NCBI GenBank assembly: GCA_002633005.1
Contig: NMRA01000067.1
Coordinates: 923,107 to 987,106 of the forward strand
Reading direction: 5' to 3'
Origin: Phoronis australis
Taxonomy: Eukaryota; Animalia; Phoronida
Length of the DNA: 64,000 bases
In this document: piece by piece, positions 14,697 to 29,062 of the stretch
How the letters are laid out: every line of letters begins with the position of its first letter
How positions within the stretch are numbered: position 1 is the first letter of the stretch
Made by a program: the position numbers and the translations under genes
The notes under the pieces: generated by a model
Told to the model about the DNA's origin: nothing
The model's database searches: none
Seen by the model: the letters and a program-made list of their open reading frames with translations, nothing else

Positions 14697-14965
14697 GAAG
14701 CAGGAAAAGTGTGCATATTATAGGTGCATGGAACACCTACTTGCCAAATTTCCTAAAAATCTGTTAGAGGAACATTGAGGCAAATCTTAAAAAAATAAAA
14801 TTGCCAGTAGGGAACACACCAGTAGTCAGATCCGTCCGAAAATTTTTTTCATGCCATCTTATCCATAATAGGAACACACCCACAAAATTTCATGAACATA
14901 CATCAAGGGGTTTTGGAGATAAAGCAGTGGACGCCACCAGACGGACAGAGATGATGACATATTGC
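14697..14965 (+). repeat. Helentron/HINE-like dispersed repeat
   Basis: AAAATTGCCAGTAGG, AAATTTCATGAACAT...GGTTTTGGAGAT, CAGACGGACAGA; related segments at ~17230-17420, ~61330-61420 and ~63820-64000. Superfamily is inferred. Confidence 0.5.
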
Positions 14966-17900
14966 CAACACATAAATACGTGGGCGCGTAAAAATCATCC
15001 TGACTATTGGATGGGCAGACGCAATCTTTATGATGTAGCTCGGTGCAGACGTCAACGTGGAAATGTGAGTATATTGCCTACGCTTGCTGGATTGAAATGC
15101 ACAGTTAAAATATGGTCCAGCACACAACACGGACGAACCTCGCCTTCCAGCCTCATAGCCCAACACTACAAAGTTTTCTTAAGTAACCCAGATTGCTACA
15201 TCAACTGAAAGTATACGCGAGAGAAAAACTCTCAACATATGAAACAAAATATATCTCCTTATCACATGCCAAATGCAGTGGAAGATGATCATAAAAGTTG
15301 TTTTTCTGGAAATTGCATTTTACGGGTGTGGCTGAATACGCACTGTTGATGTAAAGTGAAGTGAGGAAGCTGCTGCTTACAATGACACTACTATGACACT
15401 TTAGTGAAGTTTCCTTGGATGCATCAGAAGAGCAATTACATTATTGTGAAGTTGAACTACATGTATTTACATGTATCAAACACATCGTGATGGTATCCTT
15501 CTCTGTGTCTTGAAATTTTCCATCCGCATAAATCAGACAAAATAACTGTCAGTCAATATTACCTCAGTGATATTTTTAAAATTTTTGATTTACCTTCAAA
15601 CAAAAAAATACCAGCTTTTTAAAAAAATTCTAAATATTCACAGGTATTTGATCACCCAGATGTTTGGTTGAAAACAAACATCTATTTCACATCCTTCCCT
15701 GAGCCATAGACAACAAAAGTGCGCAGTTTTTGAAAAACTACCCAAGTTAACAAATTTGGTACAAGCTACGACCTTGGGTGAAATAATTATTTTCCACTGT
15801 TCCAAACTGGAGTTTTTACCATATTTTTTTGAAATATTTCTGGGATTTCGAAATACAAAGGATTAAGCAGTTTATTGAGACCAAGTTAAAAGCTTCATGA
15901 GCAGTTTCACAAGGAATTATATTTAACAGACAACTACAGAATCATTAACATACTTGTTTGGTAATAGCAAATCCTAATTCACCGTTCTACATGGATGACT
16001 ACAAACAAACTCCCCAGATGGCAGTGCAGTCTAGACAACAAGAACTTTACTTATTACAAACCAACAATAATCGATTTCTATCTGCAAACAATTATTTTGC
16101 CTGACCATTTATCTGTACGCAAAATGAAGTTTTGTCGAAAAACAATTGTTTTATCAAGCAATTCATATGATGTTTCCTTATTAGTCTTTAACCGACAAGC
16201 TGACAATAGGGTTTTGAGGGTCAGACATAAAGACTCTGCAGTTGATTAAATAAAAGTTAAGCAAGGCAACTGAACTAAGTGCACTGTGGGAGTTGTTACA
16301 GAGGTGAATAACCTTACTATGAAGAAAATGCGTCACAAACAAGAAAATAGTGTCCTTGACATTGGGTGTGACTGTTTTCAAGGACACCAAAACTGGAGAC
16401 ACCCAGAGCATTGTTATGAGTCCACCGTGTCCATCGCCAACGTTTAAAATATAAGCTGAGCTCATATTTTTTCAAACCATATCCATTCTGTAGTCAGGTC
16501 CATCTGAAATATCAACAACAGTTGTGCTTCCCTGCTTAAGGAAACACAAGTCAAATTTCATGTAGACTTGTGGACAACTGTACATATTGGGCACTGACTA
16601 TAACAACTAATGCCGTATTAAGGAACGTCACAATTTTCAGATTTTCCCAAAAAACCAAACAGGCAGTGCTTTCCTCAATATCAGCACATATGCCGCCAAT
16701 TTTCATGTAGTTCCATTAACCCAAGTAACGCTTTGAACTGAGCCACAATAGGTTTGCACAAGAACTTGTCATTGAGAAGTCTTTTTATCAGGAACACTGA
16801 TTTAAGGTCATTACGGGAGAATTAGAGCAATTTCACATTAAGCGATGACATCACAGCAATAAACGACTAATTTTAAAAACAAGTTGACATATCGTGGACT
16901 AACACTGGTGATAATTCGAACTGTTTGGTTCATGAAATTAAATTCCTAGTAAAATAATAAGGTTAGGATAATTTTTATGCCTAGATATGGGATAAAAAAT
17001 AGCCAAAGTTTTGTTACAGTTTTAGTCATCAGGTACTCGATGACAAAAATGATTCCATTTGGCTTTTGAGCTTGGTAGATAATTGGAACCTGCGAGTTGT
17101 GCGGCTGGAAAAAAGACCATGGGAATGCTGAACATTGGACTAGTCTGATTCTGAATTTAGCTTCGATTTTGAAACTGCTGTAGTCTAACAGCTGAAACCA
17201 AACCGGAGGTTTTTGTAATGAACGAGGCGTGACCAGTCAGTAGTCAGATCCACCCAAAAATAAACAGCTGTGGACTCATCTCTGAATTCGGGAGCACATG
17301 TACTAAAATTCATGAAGATTCACCAACGAACTTAAGTTGGCAGTTCAGTTACGAGCAATGGAAAACAAAATTGCCACTAGGAGCTGATATAATTATAGTT
17401 AAACCTGTCCAAAAACTAACCACAGTCAGCTTGCTTCAATAGCTGCAAATTTGCCATATTTCATAAAGAATCATAAAAAACTACAAGTATTGAGGTAGAT
17501 GCAAAGAAAACTTAAGCGTAGATATATCCCAAAATAAATACCAGGTGGAGTTGCTTCTATTATAGAAACCGAAGTGCCAAATTTCAGGAACTTGGTAGAA
17601 ATTTAGGCAAAAGCAAAAAAACAAAACTTCCATTGAGGGGTGCCAGAGTAGTTGGATTCATCGCAAAACATCACCAGCCTCAATAGCAACACATCTGCCC
17701 AATTAAAGAATAACATATTGAGTGGTTTGGTAGATTAAAGCAGTGTTTTTACACTGGGAACAGTGGCATTGTGCGAGTTGTATGGCGCGAGTTGTGATGG
17801 TGCGATTTGCTCAGTCATGTTCACACACTTACACCCAATCAGATGTTCCGTGTTAGTTGTCTGTCTGCCATGTAAATGCAACAGAGAGGTAGATGCCAGC

Positions 17901-20034
17901 ACAAAAAACAACTCGATTTAATACAAATATCTACTAAGGGAGCATAGAATATGCCGAATTCACCCCAAATTGTTGAAATGTTGTGTTGCTTGAATAGAAA
18001 CATATTTCCCAAATTTCATAAAACTATGGTAGATACAGCATCAAACATAAAAATTAAACTAAAGGAGCCGTAGAGGTTATGTAAGATCCGAAAGGCATAG
18101 CCATCCTTCATCAGCTTGACAGGAACAGTATCTGCCAAATTACATGAAGATCCTACAGCGGACACCATAAGCCAGACTCCTAACAGATATGACTGGTAAT
18201 ATGCACCCACACGCCAACAATTACAATGGGAAGAATCTCAAGGATCTGCAAGGTTGCCCACTGTAATACTTAAGATTCCTACTCAAGGTTGTAACATGTG
18301 TAGCAGCTGGTGCAAATTTCTGCCCATTAAGTCCCTACATATCCCTACAAACTATTGCTATGAATACCCCCAGGATGACAGACAACATAACACGGTGAAA
18401 GCTTTTTACAAGTCCAACTGAATACACACAAATTATCCTGAAAAGCACCATTTTTATTAATCATGTGTAAATAAGTACTAGTATCAGTGTCTCAGTAAGG
18501 AAACATTTATTAGCAAACTGAGTAAACTCTGTGATTGCCCTCAGAAAGTTGAGTTCATCAAAAAATTTAAGATTTGCAACCATGCGAGATATTTCTTATT
18601 TCAAGGCAACACTTACTTGACTGGAAACAAACCACGACAAGCTGAAATCAACATTTTTGGACAAAGTTTTGCCACTTTTCCTCAGGATGCACTTTTTCTC
18701 AGAAAAATTATTGTAAAATATTCAGAAGTAGGAAATAAAATCCATGAATTATGACAAATTATTGATTTTAAATCATTTTCACACAGCGAGTTTCCCATGA
18801 AAAATCTAAATTTCGAGAGAAACTTCAAAAATACCCTTAAAACGACAACGACTGACAGAACTTCATGTTTTTAATCTTTGCTGATAATGTTTATATATCT
18901 CTATTGGTTATCATGTTCGAAATGAGGATGTTTTGTGCTGCATCATGAATGATACCTGTGGCTAGCGAGATTTTCCCCACTTCTGATTGGACACCATAGT
19001 GTCTTTATTCCGCTGCACACTCAGCAATGCTAAACACCATTTCACCAAACATACAGCAAAGGCTAGACTTCCCTGCCTAAACGTGCGGGAAAAGTTCAAA
19101 ATTGATAACACGTTTTTAGGCAACATAGAAGGCAATGAAAATGTAGCAATTTGAGGAGTGTTCGGCTTCTGAACGGCTAAAACTTTAATTTGAAGTCAAG
19201 TTTGGAGAATGACATCCAGGTTCCAGATGAAGTTGAATATTGTTTTTCATTTTGTAATTCTGTTTTTGTCTTACTATATTACAATAATAAATAAATTATA
19301 AATAAATAAATAAGTTGACACGGACTTTAAATGAATTTTGAGAGCTGGGCGCCAAATCATACCCTATGCTGTGATTCTCAAGGTGTTTCCGTCACAACAA
19401 AGTCAAGTGATGGAGAAAATATTCTGCGGTAATTGTGCTTGCGCTGTTCTAGGGATAAAAATGAAAAAATACAAGCAAGAACCATAGTTGTCACATGAAA
19501 CCGGGGACAACTAGAAACTTTGCCAAAAGCTGTAGACCTATTCATCAAGCTGGGCCCTCTCTTCTACTGAAATATTTGGTACTATGACGCAGACTGGGTC
19601 ACAGGGTTATCTGAAGCAACAGAGAACATCCAAGACTGTTATTACAGTACCATCTGAATTGACATAAAATCAACTCTGAGGATGTTTTCACACAGCCAAG
19701 CCATTTTCACCAATAAACACTAAAGAACCATAGATCAACTGAATGTAACAGTTTTGCAGACAGATTTAAGCAGTTTTAACAATTAGGATTAAAATCAATT
19801 TTGGTTAGCTAAACATGTGGAAAAGCATTTCCCATGATCAGAGTAAGGCATTCAGTATCAGGAACATTCTGGAAAGTTATGTGTGATTAGAGCCAGGTAT
19901 TTTATCAGAATAAAATGACGTTTTCATGAGCAATTGGCACCAAGCATAAATGAACTGTGTGGTGTAATCAAAGGGATCCAATTGTAAACAATCTATGCAT
20001 TAATATCATAAAATTACTGAATTATGTGCGTTAA

Positions 20035-20438
20035 CCCTGCAAAACATACTGTAGCCGTGGATTGCTTCCAATGGCTGACTGCAAGAAAACCTTTCAACAA
20101 ATACCCTCTGCAGACTATAATAGTATAACCACAGGCTAATAGGGATACTGCAACAAGATTTTTCAATAAGTGTGCTCTGCAAAACATACTACAGCAGTGG
20201 GTTGATTTAGATATTATACCTGAAGGAAGACATTTTAACAAATGTACTCTGCAAAATAAATTATAACCACAGGCCGATTCCGATACTGGAAGAAGACTTT
20301 TCAACAAATGTGCTGCACAAAACTTACTATAGCCGTGGTTGAGATGGACGAGATGACTGCAAGAAGACGTTTTAGCAAATACGGTCTGTAAAACATTATG
20401 GTTGCGAGTTTATTTGAATACTACGGCTGCAAGAAGAC
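20035..20438. repeat. Degenerate tandem repeat, ~6 units of ~70 bp, alternating A/B subunits
   Basis: Recurrent core CTGCAAGAAGACTTTTCAACAAATGTGCTCTGCAAAA; intervening parts alternate CATACT(G/A)TAGCCGTGG and TATAACCACAGGC. Confidence 0.8.
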
Positions 20439-23400
20439 AAATGCTGGATTGCACATAAAGTGAAAAGGAGCTAAACGAAGGCAGCTTCTTGACAGTGAAC
20501 ACACAATAATATGAACAACATTATGAAGGTACACATCTATCTGGTGAATTTGCGAATTCTGATTACAGGGTGAAACAATGCCTAGTCAGAGATTAAGGAC
20601 ATGTTCCAAAGGACATATCGGTAGGCTGTTCTAAACAATATTTAGAGTATATTTACCCCTTTGCACTCCATGGCTTGGCTTGCATCTGCTGGCTTCAGGA
20701 CCCTTAGACTGGTCTTTTTTAGGTGACACATGTTCGACTAAATAAAGTAGCAGTCAACCTCACCGTGCCTAATTGTTTAACTATTAGGCTGATAGCAATG
20801 TCTGGCAAGTATGTAAGTCCACTTGCTCACACTTTAATAGATGCATTTGTCTTGCAGATCAGTTCAAAATCACTGGCAGGGTAGACAAGGCCGATGGGTC
20901 TGGGTATTAATAGACAAGTAGTGCTCTTAGCACAATGTTTCGTCCTTTTTACTTGTCCTGTTTTTTTGTAAGCCTCACTATTTACAGGAAACCTTTGACG
21001 CAGGATTTAAACAGAGGTTTATCTCAACCAAATCCCTCAGGTAATCAAAAGTGAACAAAATATTGTAGGAAGAAACGAGCACAGCAGAGAATAAAATTCA
21101 AGGAAAATATCCTTCAACAAGCTATGCTGGGGTCCAGTATTGAGGCTGAAAGCTGAACTATTAATTAAAGTGCTTCAAAATTAAGTTGAGTCTAGGAGAG
21201 CACTAAGGGTCAATTGGAAACCCCCTTGGAAAACAGATAAAAACATACGGTAAGTTTGCAGACGTATTGAACTGGGAAGGCAAAGCATTCATTAGTTGGA
21301 ATCCTGGATTTCGGCATCATTCAAGTTTCCTGACGCAAGGACACATGCTGTGATATGGTAGAATCACACAAACTAAAATGAAATGCTAAATCATCATGAG
21401 GGACCATCTGGAATTGGCGCATGGGGCAACTCCGGACGGTCTGGGGTCAACAGGTAACCAGATATATTCCGCCGATTACATTTCATTGATTGTAAAGCCG
21501 ATGGTTTGATGATAAGAGCTGCCAGAAGAAATATGATGCGTTTACAATTTCCCCCTTTTCATATACGTAAATAAAACAACAAAAATGGATCACTGAAATT
21601 TTCGGATATGATAACATCCTTTGTCAACAGAAACAGAAATAAAGTAAAATCAAACACTACATGACAACTGACATCTGATATATGGGGTAATGAGCATGAT
21701 ACATTGTTGCAGAAAAAAGTAAAGGATATAATTTAAGAAGTCTTTATGTTCAATCCATTAGATTCAAGTGTATTGAACAATTTTGGATAAATAACCTGCG
21801 TGGTACATATTTGCTCTCCATTTTTAACAATAATCGTTGTGAGCACAGCAGTCCCTTCAAGAATCGTGCATCGTCGTTGCGCACACGACACTGAAAACTA
21901 GAGTCTCCCAAAACAAGTTGACAGTTGGATGGTTTAAAAGTGCATCATTCTTAAGTTCTCCTGTGAGTCTGCACTAGTATGATAAACGAGAGTGGTTCTG
22001 CTTGCTGGGTCAGCTGTAGGTATCATTATCTCTTTTATGACACACAACATGTGACTGGACAAAGCCTTTCATATTAGTATAGATAAGCCAGTGAAGCCTG
22101 TGACCGTGACGCACCTGTCAAGTCCTCACAACACTGCACGTTATGAACTGACAAAACCGACCTTTTTCATTTTTTGAAAGCTCCTAATGTTCTTACGAAG
22201 GCCCACAAGTTCTAAAAAAACTTTCTGATGGCCACTACTGTATAGCACTTACAAATGATAAAGTAGTTATTTGGTGTAAATTCTTTAGAATTTATTTTAT
22301 TATTTTAACAACAATCATTACTTGTCAGCATTATATTCAATTAGTCACCAAGTACAATATATTTGATCTCATTAGCTATCTGAAAATATACTTGAAAATC
22401 TTCACATAAAAATTGCATTTAAAAGCATAAGCTTGCACACTTCCATGATCATAGCACCACCTGGCAATAACATCAATATCACATAAAGACCAAAGCTAAT
22501 TTGAAAGCTCAATTGAACTTCACTGACATGCCCCTTTACCACTCAGATTTAAATGATGGTAAAGGATATCAATACACACATGCTTTCTAGTGTTTGACAC
22601 ACTTGGATTTCTAATGAATGTGGATTGGCAATTATCTGTGCCTTTCATATTGCCCAATAAATTACAAATTAAACCAGTAGGAGAATCAATTTCATTCAAA
22701 TACCAATTGACAACCAATTGCTGCATTCCCATATAGTGATGACATAACAAAAATACATCTTGTCATTTAGGATGAAAACTGTGTAGTCTGTGCTAAGCAT
22801 CCTTGGCCACTAGGTGGGGGGTCTGGCTGTTATGCTTAGAAGCCAGCCTCCCCTCTGAGAGAAGCAAAATAATGTGGAGTCAAATCTGAGACATTTTGCA
22901 AGAGGCCACAGACAAAGATTAGCAATTCCTTGTTTCAATGTATCTGATCAAATTTCAAAGTTGAAGTCCATAAAATTGTAAACTATGATATGAATTTTCA
23001 TCTAGCATCAGTTTTGTACCAACAAGCCTGCAATTTTTGTGACAATTGGAAATTATTTATCATACCTACCAAATAATTTCATCTGTGGTAAATACACTGG
23101 ATGCCAATGACAGCAGTTTTTGTCAGTGTGAAAAAGACCCTACTCACTAAAACAGTTTCAGGAAATGTAATTCGTAACAAAGTGTTCAGTCAACAAAGGA
23201 GTCCAAAGATAAAATACGAAACTATTTAAGACATTTGTAAAACAACAAAACTTTAGCAAACCTCTTTATTTGTCAGTTAACCCAGTTTTTTTAACTTCAC
23301 TTTCTGTAACAGTCTATAAATAAAGAAGCATTGACTGGTGTTGGCTATTGCCCAATGAATGTTGTTGGAATAGCCTGTTTCTTGCTTAATAACATTTCTG

Positions 23401-24242
23401 TGGTATAAACTGAACATGAAAAATGTTGTAGCATTACATAAAGGCTAGAGAGAAAAAGGAATGCCAACCTTGTTCAATAATTTCTCTGCCTGGTATTCCT
23501 AAGAATCAAAAGCTGAATTTTAAAATAACACTCGTTTTCTAGACATTTGTAAGACTGCATGCGTATGTTTAGGCCCATGCACTAGCATGAGCAGGCGGAT
23601 TAGTTTGTAATATGAAAAGTAATATATATAAACAGGGTCAAGCACATTCACTGTGCCACTAGATATGCCTGACAAACTTTTTGACTTCTGCACAACAATT
23701 AGCACTAGCAGTTTTACTTGTTTGTAATTCTTTTCACTTTTTAAAGGCATTCTGGCATTGGAAGAAAAACTGAATTATCTAATTAAAAACAACTTCTCAA
23801 AGTACTCGTCTTAGAAAGTAGACTAGTTTGATAAAAAAATCCGTTAGGTATATTGTGTTCTACAAATACAAAACTTCTGCCTCCCCCAATGCTGTTAATA
23901 TTGTACATTGAATTAAAGGACCTTCAGCTGAACCCAAGCCCACAGATTGATTCTGTCATGAAATGAATACGTCAATTAACTTTGATTTTATTACACTCAA
24001 CTGTCAGATGATCAAGCCATCTTAGTGCGGATAAATTTGAGGCAAATTAATTAGAAAGCAAAGGTTGCTCAAAATTAGCGTCCAAGGAAAACATTTAATG
24101 TGATTGTTTGTCTTGCAATAGTGGAGAAAACTGTCTAGGCGGGTGGGCTAATCAGAATGATAATTTGTAAGGCACAATGGTTTCACAAGAATTTAATTGA
24201 GGGATTTCATCTATAGTGCTCCTGTTAAGCATTTAGTGCCAT

Positions 24243-24404
24243 ACACACACAGACTCATGGTATACTAGAACAAGTTACTGCTAGAACGAGTTGTCGCTAG
24301 GTTTGAGGACTGGGTGGATGCCAGTGCTACTTACTCCGCCTTATAGAAGTGGAGTAACTTGTTCAAGGATGACTTGCACTACTTCTGGCCACAACCTGGG
24401 GCAA
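24243..24404. repeat. Dispersed MITE fragment, inverted homolog of 13896-14115
   Basis: See partner at 13896-14115. Confidence 0.6.
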
Positions 24405-26252
24405 GGCGGAGTTAATTATAAGCTGCAGCTACAAACAGAAGGGTTTCCTTTTGCGCACCGTACTCGCATTAGGTGTCACACTGTCACATTAAAGCGGCAA
24501 CTTCCGCCTTCTATCCCAGATATCGGCTATGTGTGTGTGTGTGTGGGTGTGTGCACGTGCGTGGGCGCTCTGCTTAAAAGTGGGGTAGCATGTACCCAGT
24601 GCACGTAGTTCTAAGGTAGGCTGTGTTTGGATGGGACAATGTCAGCTTATTATAAAACATCTGGTGACAACACAATGTTCAGTAACTGGAGTGCAACAGA
24701 ATGGAAGCCAAGGGTACAATACAACATGCTGTCAGGTGCCAGTAGTCATGATGAAACAACTATCAAAAGATTGAAAATGAACCTCAAAATGCATCAGAGT
24801 AAAGATAGCTAAAATCTATTGCACAAAAATTTTTGAGGCATGAGCCATACGATCACCATGAAGTCAAATCTCCTCATAAAAACAAATTATAAATCAGGCT
24901 AAACATCCTTAAACTAGTTTGTGACATCACTGTGGGTGGATGCATTTGGAAGTGACCAAATTGTTGACATGCTTATACCTAAAGCAATAAATTAACTGTT
25001 ACTACTCCAGAAAACAGCATTAGTGCAAATTTGTCACTTGTGCTCAGAAGCTTTTAAAATTAGGATTACTGTGCAGTCCTAAATGAATGAGTTTGAACAA
25101 TAGTCTTTACCTCGGGTGTCCTCTTTTACACACCATGGTTTAGACACAACAGATATGACAGGGTAAAAAAGCTGGACTTGGTTAGCTCTACAATGTCTTG
25201 AACCACGCGTTCCAACTTTTTAAAACATATCTATAGCGTTGATATGCACCCAGCGTGTGCACTGCATACACCACGGATACAAAAGATGATCATTATTTTA
25301 AACATTCTCACTAGAGGGAGCAACTCTCTAGGTGTAGGGGTTGCCACAGCAGGCAGATCCATCCAAAAATTATTGTCAGCCATGCCTTGTTGATCTTTGC
25401 CCACTTTGTTTCCAGAAATCAAAATGAAAGTCAAGGCCCACACATCCATTTCAAAGTAATGATGACCAAAACCAATCATTATTGATATTTTGCCAATCTC
25501 CCCCCTCTATGCTAAACATTGAAAACCCTGATGACTTGAAGACTGCACCTTTAAGAAACAATGATGTCGACAGTTGTTGGTCAGAAATTGAAATTGTGTA
25601 CTTGCTAGTAGTCATTATTTTCTCAACCACATAATCTAAATTCCAATAACTGGCAGTCTAGATTATTACACTTTCATCATTTCCAAATAGGAGAGAACGT
25701 TTCCCATGTTAACTGCCATTTTCATCTTCTCATGTAATATATCGTTGCTATCAATTCTTAATTTACTTTCTAAACTTCCTGTTAAGTACCTTTCTCTTAT
25801 TTCCTATGTTGAACAGCTGATTAACCACTTTAATAATACAGTGTTCAGCAGTTCAACAAGCAAATAATCATGTAGCTGGTCATGCACTTACAAACAAAAG
25901 TTGGTCATGTACTTGCCTCAGTCTTCAGACAGCCTGAGGCAACAATGAAAATTCACATTATTCTCGTACATGACGTGGTAGCAAAAAATTGTACGCTGGA
26001 TAATGACGTCACATTAGCACGCGACGTTGCTATTGTCGAAAACTGTGCTTGATGTCATGCAACATTCAAATTTATCCAGTGAATAAGTTCTTGAAATTTC
26101 ATGCAGCCCTGAGCCCTGGAAAACAAATCTAGACTCAGCACATCACTCACATTAAACTTCAATTGTTCAAGGATTATTACTAAGGCAGAAATTTGACTAA
26201 AAGAACAACTTACAAAAGATTACAGAAGACTTTCTCACACAAAAAATGATTA

Positions 26253-28230
26253 CCATATTCACCCTAATATGATAAGCACCCGGGCACTTAGAAAAATTTG
26301 TTTCGGGTTGGGGGCTTACTGTAACCTAAGGTGGATCATTAGTTAAAGCGGGACTCAGAAAACGGGTGAAATTGGAAGTTAGAATTCACCAAACTTATGC
26401 TCTGTGACGTATCTGTATAACCTTTGATAGAATTTCTCTAAAGCTCAGTGGTGCATTGCTTAATCAAACTTCATTGTTAAATTACGTAAGGCCATTTTAC
26501 AGAAAATTGGGCTGAAATACCGAGCCGAGTCGCCAATGCACCACTGCCTCACGATCGTAGATATGGCAACTTGAATAAAAATACAGTTTCAACATAACAA
26601 ATTTACCTGAAAACCTCACTAAATTTTTCCAAAGCGTTCTTAAGATTTCTAAGTTCCTGTGGGGTCAGGGATTAACAACAGGTTAAGTCCAAGACTGTAC
26701 CCTGAAACGCAAGAAAAATCATCTCGGAAAACATAATCATGTTGTCGTCACATGACGTTTATGTTGACTGGAATTGTAGCGTGCGTTTCCTGGCCACGTG
26801 CTTTTAACACCAAGCTTTCTTATTTGTGAGACAGAATGAGAACCTGAATCTTCAATTAAAGGCAGCAATGAAATTTGGAATCCTGTTCATGTGGAGAATT
26901 TCTCCCTTACACTGGGTCAGGGCTCAGATTCCCTAAGCCCCAGGCCCAGTCTCTAAACTTTGTACTCGAAACGAATTTCGAAACTACTTTTGGCAATTTC
27001 TCTGCTCCTTTTGTGCAAATTTAAGATAATTGGTTATCAGACTGTGCTCGAATACGTTATAGTTTATGCATAGGAGTTTCTAGTTCAAGTTTGCCCTTGA
27101 AGACCCTTATATTCGTGCTACAAACTCGAGTAAAAACTCGAAATTTCGAGTTCAAACTCAAACTTATTGCTTTAATATTGGGTTTACAAACTGTGAACTA
27201 AGGGCAATAAATTATCTACGTAAGTTATTGTGTACTCGAGCATAGAATAATAGACACTTATCTTGAGTTCGCCCAAAAGTAGAGTAGAAAATGCCAAACC
27301 AAATTTCGAGTTCCACTTCGAGTAAAAAGATTGGAGACCGGGCCCCAGACAACTTTTATGATCTCTATTCAGCCCACCCTTTGTAATGATGATCTGAGCT
27401 AATTAAGCGGTAATAGTTAACACTACTTTCTTAACAATGGTGGTCGTTATTACACCCAAATTGTTTTTCTCTGACATTTGCACAGAGTTAAAGCCTGCAA
27501 TGTGGAGAGCAGTTTTAACTTCTTGGTACATTTTAAATATTACAAAAAGAATAAAAATTTAATTTGCGTTATCTTGACAAAGGGCCACTTCCCAAAGGAA
27601 CATTGGTTTTAAGTATGTTTCATACCTGTTTTCATTACTTTATTTTAACACTCCTGTCTACTTGCTTTTTTGCGGATGAGGGTGGCTATCTTTTTATTTT
27701 GTGTTTAAACAAAGCATCAAACAACTTAGAAGTCAGTTAATTGTGAACCCATACCTGACTTTTCCAGAGTACAGCTACATGTCACAGCAATACTCCACGT
27801 GATACTAGTTCAAGTTCAATATCTTTATTCGAACTCAAATCATAAAATATATACAAATGTGCACATATGGTGATAGCCAAACTGTGCTAGATTTGGAACC
27901 TCTGGACAATTTTGGTTGCAGTAACTACATAACTATTCTAGCTTTTCCCAAGTCATAAAAAATGTAATCAAAGTTCTTGCCCACAGACCAACCTCCTCCA
28001 CTGATTGCACTCTGTGTGCCACAAGTGCTCTAGAAATTAGGTGCACAATGATTATTTCAATACTGCCGATCTTGTTTACAAATTGAAGACATTACTGTAG
28101 AATTTTAGTACACTGTAGATAAGTCATTTTTACATGTACATGTTCATGGGCTGAGCGCTTGTTTCAGCGAAGTCTGAAAACACGAGGGAGGCGCTTATAA
28201 GGGCACGGGCGCTTATTAGGGAAAATACGG
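26253..28230. mobile_element. Non-autonomous Tc1/mariner(pogo)-type element, TA TSD
   Basis: TA|CCATATTCACCCTAAT..ATAAGCACCCGGGCACTTA and TAAGGGCACGGGCGCTTATTAGGGAAAATACGG|TA; 26285-26720 is homologous to 31700-32135. Confidence 0.75.
26944..27345. mobile_element. Harbinger-type MITE nested in the Tc1/mariner-type element
   Basis: GCCCAGTCTCTAAACTTTGTACTCGAA vs TTCGAGTAAAAAGATTGGAGACCGGGCCC, with longer imperfect inverted arms; CAG on both flanks. Confidence 0.65.
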
Positions 28231-28586
28231 TAACAAGATTGTTTAGTTTAGATTCAACTAAGTTAAAAACAATCCAAGAGAACTTTTTCAAACATTTTAA
28301 AAACATGCTAACTTTCCTAATCTCTATGTTCTTACGTATTATGGTAAACTACACTTTAAACAATTTGTGACACTTAAAAATAACTAAACTTTCATAAAAC
28401 TTTGATCTATATGATTTTGAAATATGAAAATTTGGTCATAAAGAACTTAACAAAATGAATGTTGTCAAAGTATGGCCTTTTAAAGAATCAAAAAAGTGAG
28501 CAGTTGATAATTCATTCCAGGCTCAGCTATTGAGTTATACATAGGGGGTAATAAAACAATTATCTTCCCAGCCAGGTCCATAAACA

Positions 28587-29062
28587 CAGACCTTTATGCA
28601 GTGTACATCCTGGGCATCCAAATGGACACCCTAGCACTAATATGGACGCCCTGGCAAGGACTTCCAATGTATCATTTGGACGCCCACTATCAATAGGAAC
28701 TTTTCAAGTTTGGACACACACATTGTAATGATTACTAGGAAGCCTATGAAGACTCACAGTGGTGGCTCTTTTTTCAAAGCAGGAAGAAATATACAATGTA
28801 TATACAATATCGCTATGCTCACACTTGGTTGATAGCATTGTAAAAGTCTTGGTCTACAGTTTTTTTTAGAAAAATGCTCACTACAGAAGGATGTTTTGTA
28901 AACTTAGATGTAAAAACCTTGATTTATGTATTTTTTTGTAAAAAAATCTGTGTGTTGGGGGATTGCTGGGGGTGGGGATTACGCGTCGGAATCATGGACG
29001 CCCTCCAATATTGGGAACCCCATTTTGGACACCCTATTTTCGAAATCCTGGATAAAGGCTTA
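28587..29062 (+). mobile_element. hAT-type MITE family A, copy 2
   Basis: Homologous to 13347-13837 in the opposite orientation; TSD CATAAACA / CATAAACC. Confidence 0.9.

Noticed and set aside
20035-20438. CRISPR array
   Set aside because: Repeats are degenerate, the spacers are related to each other, there are no cas genes and the context is eukaryotic.
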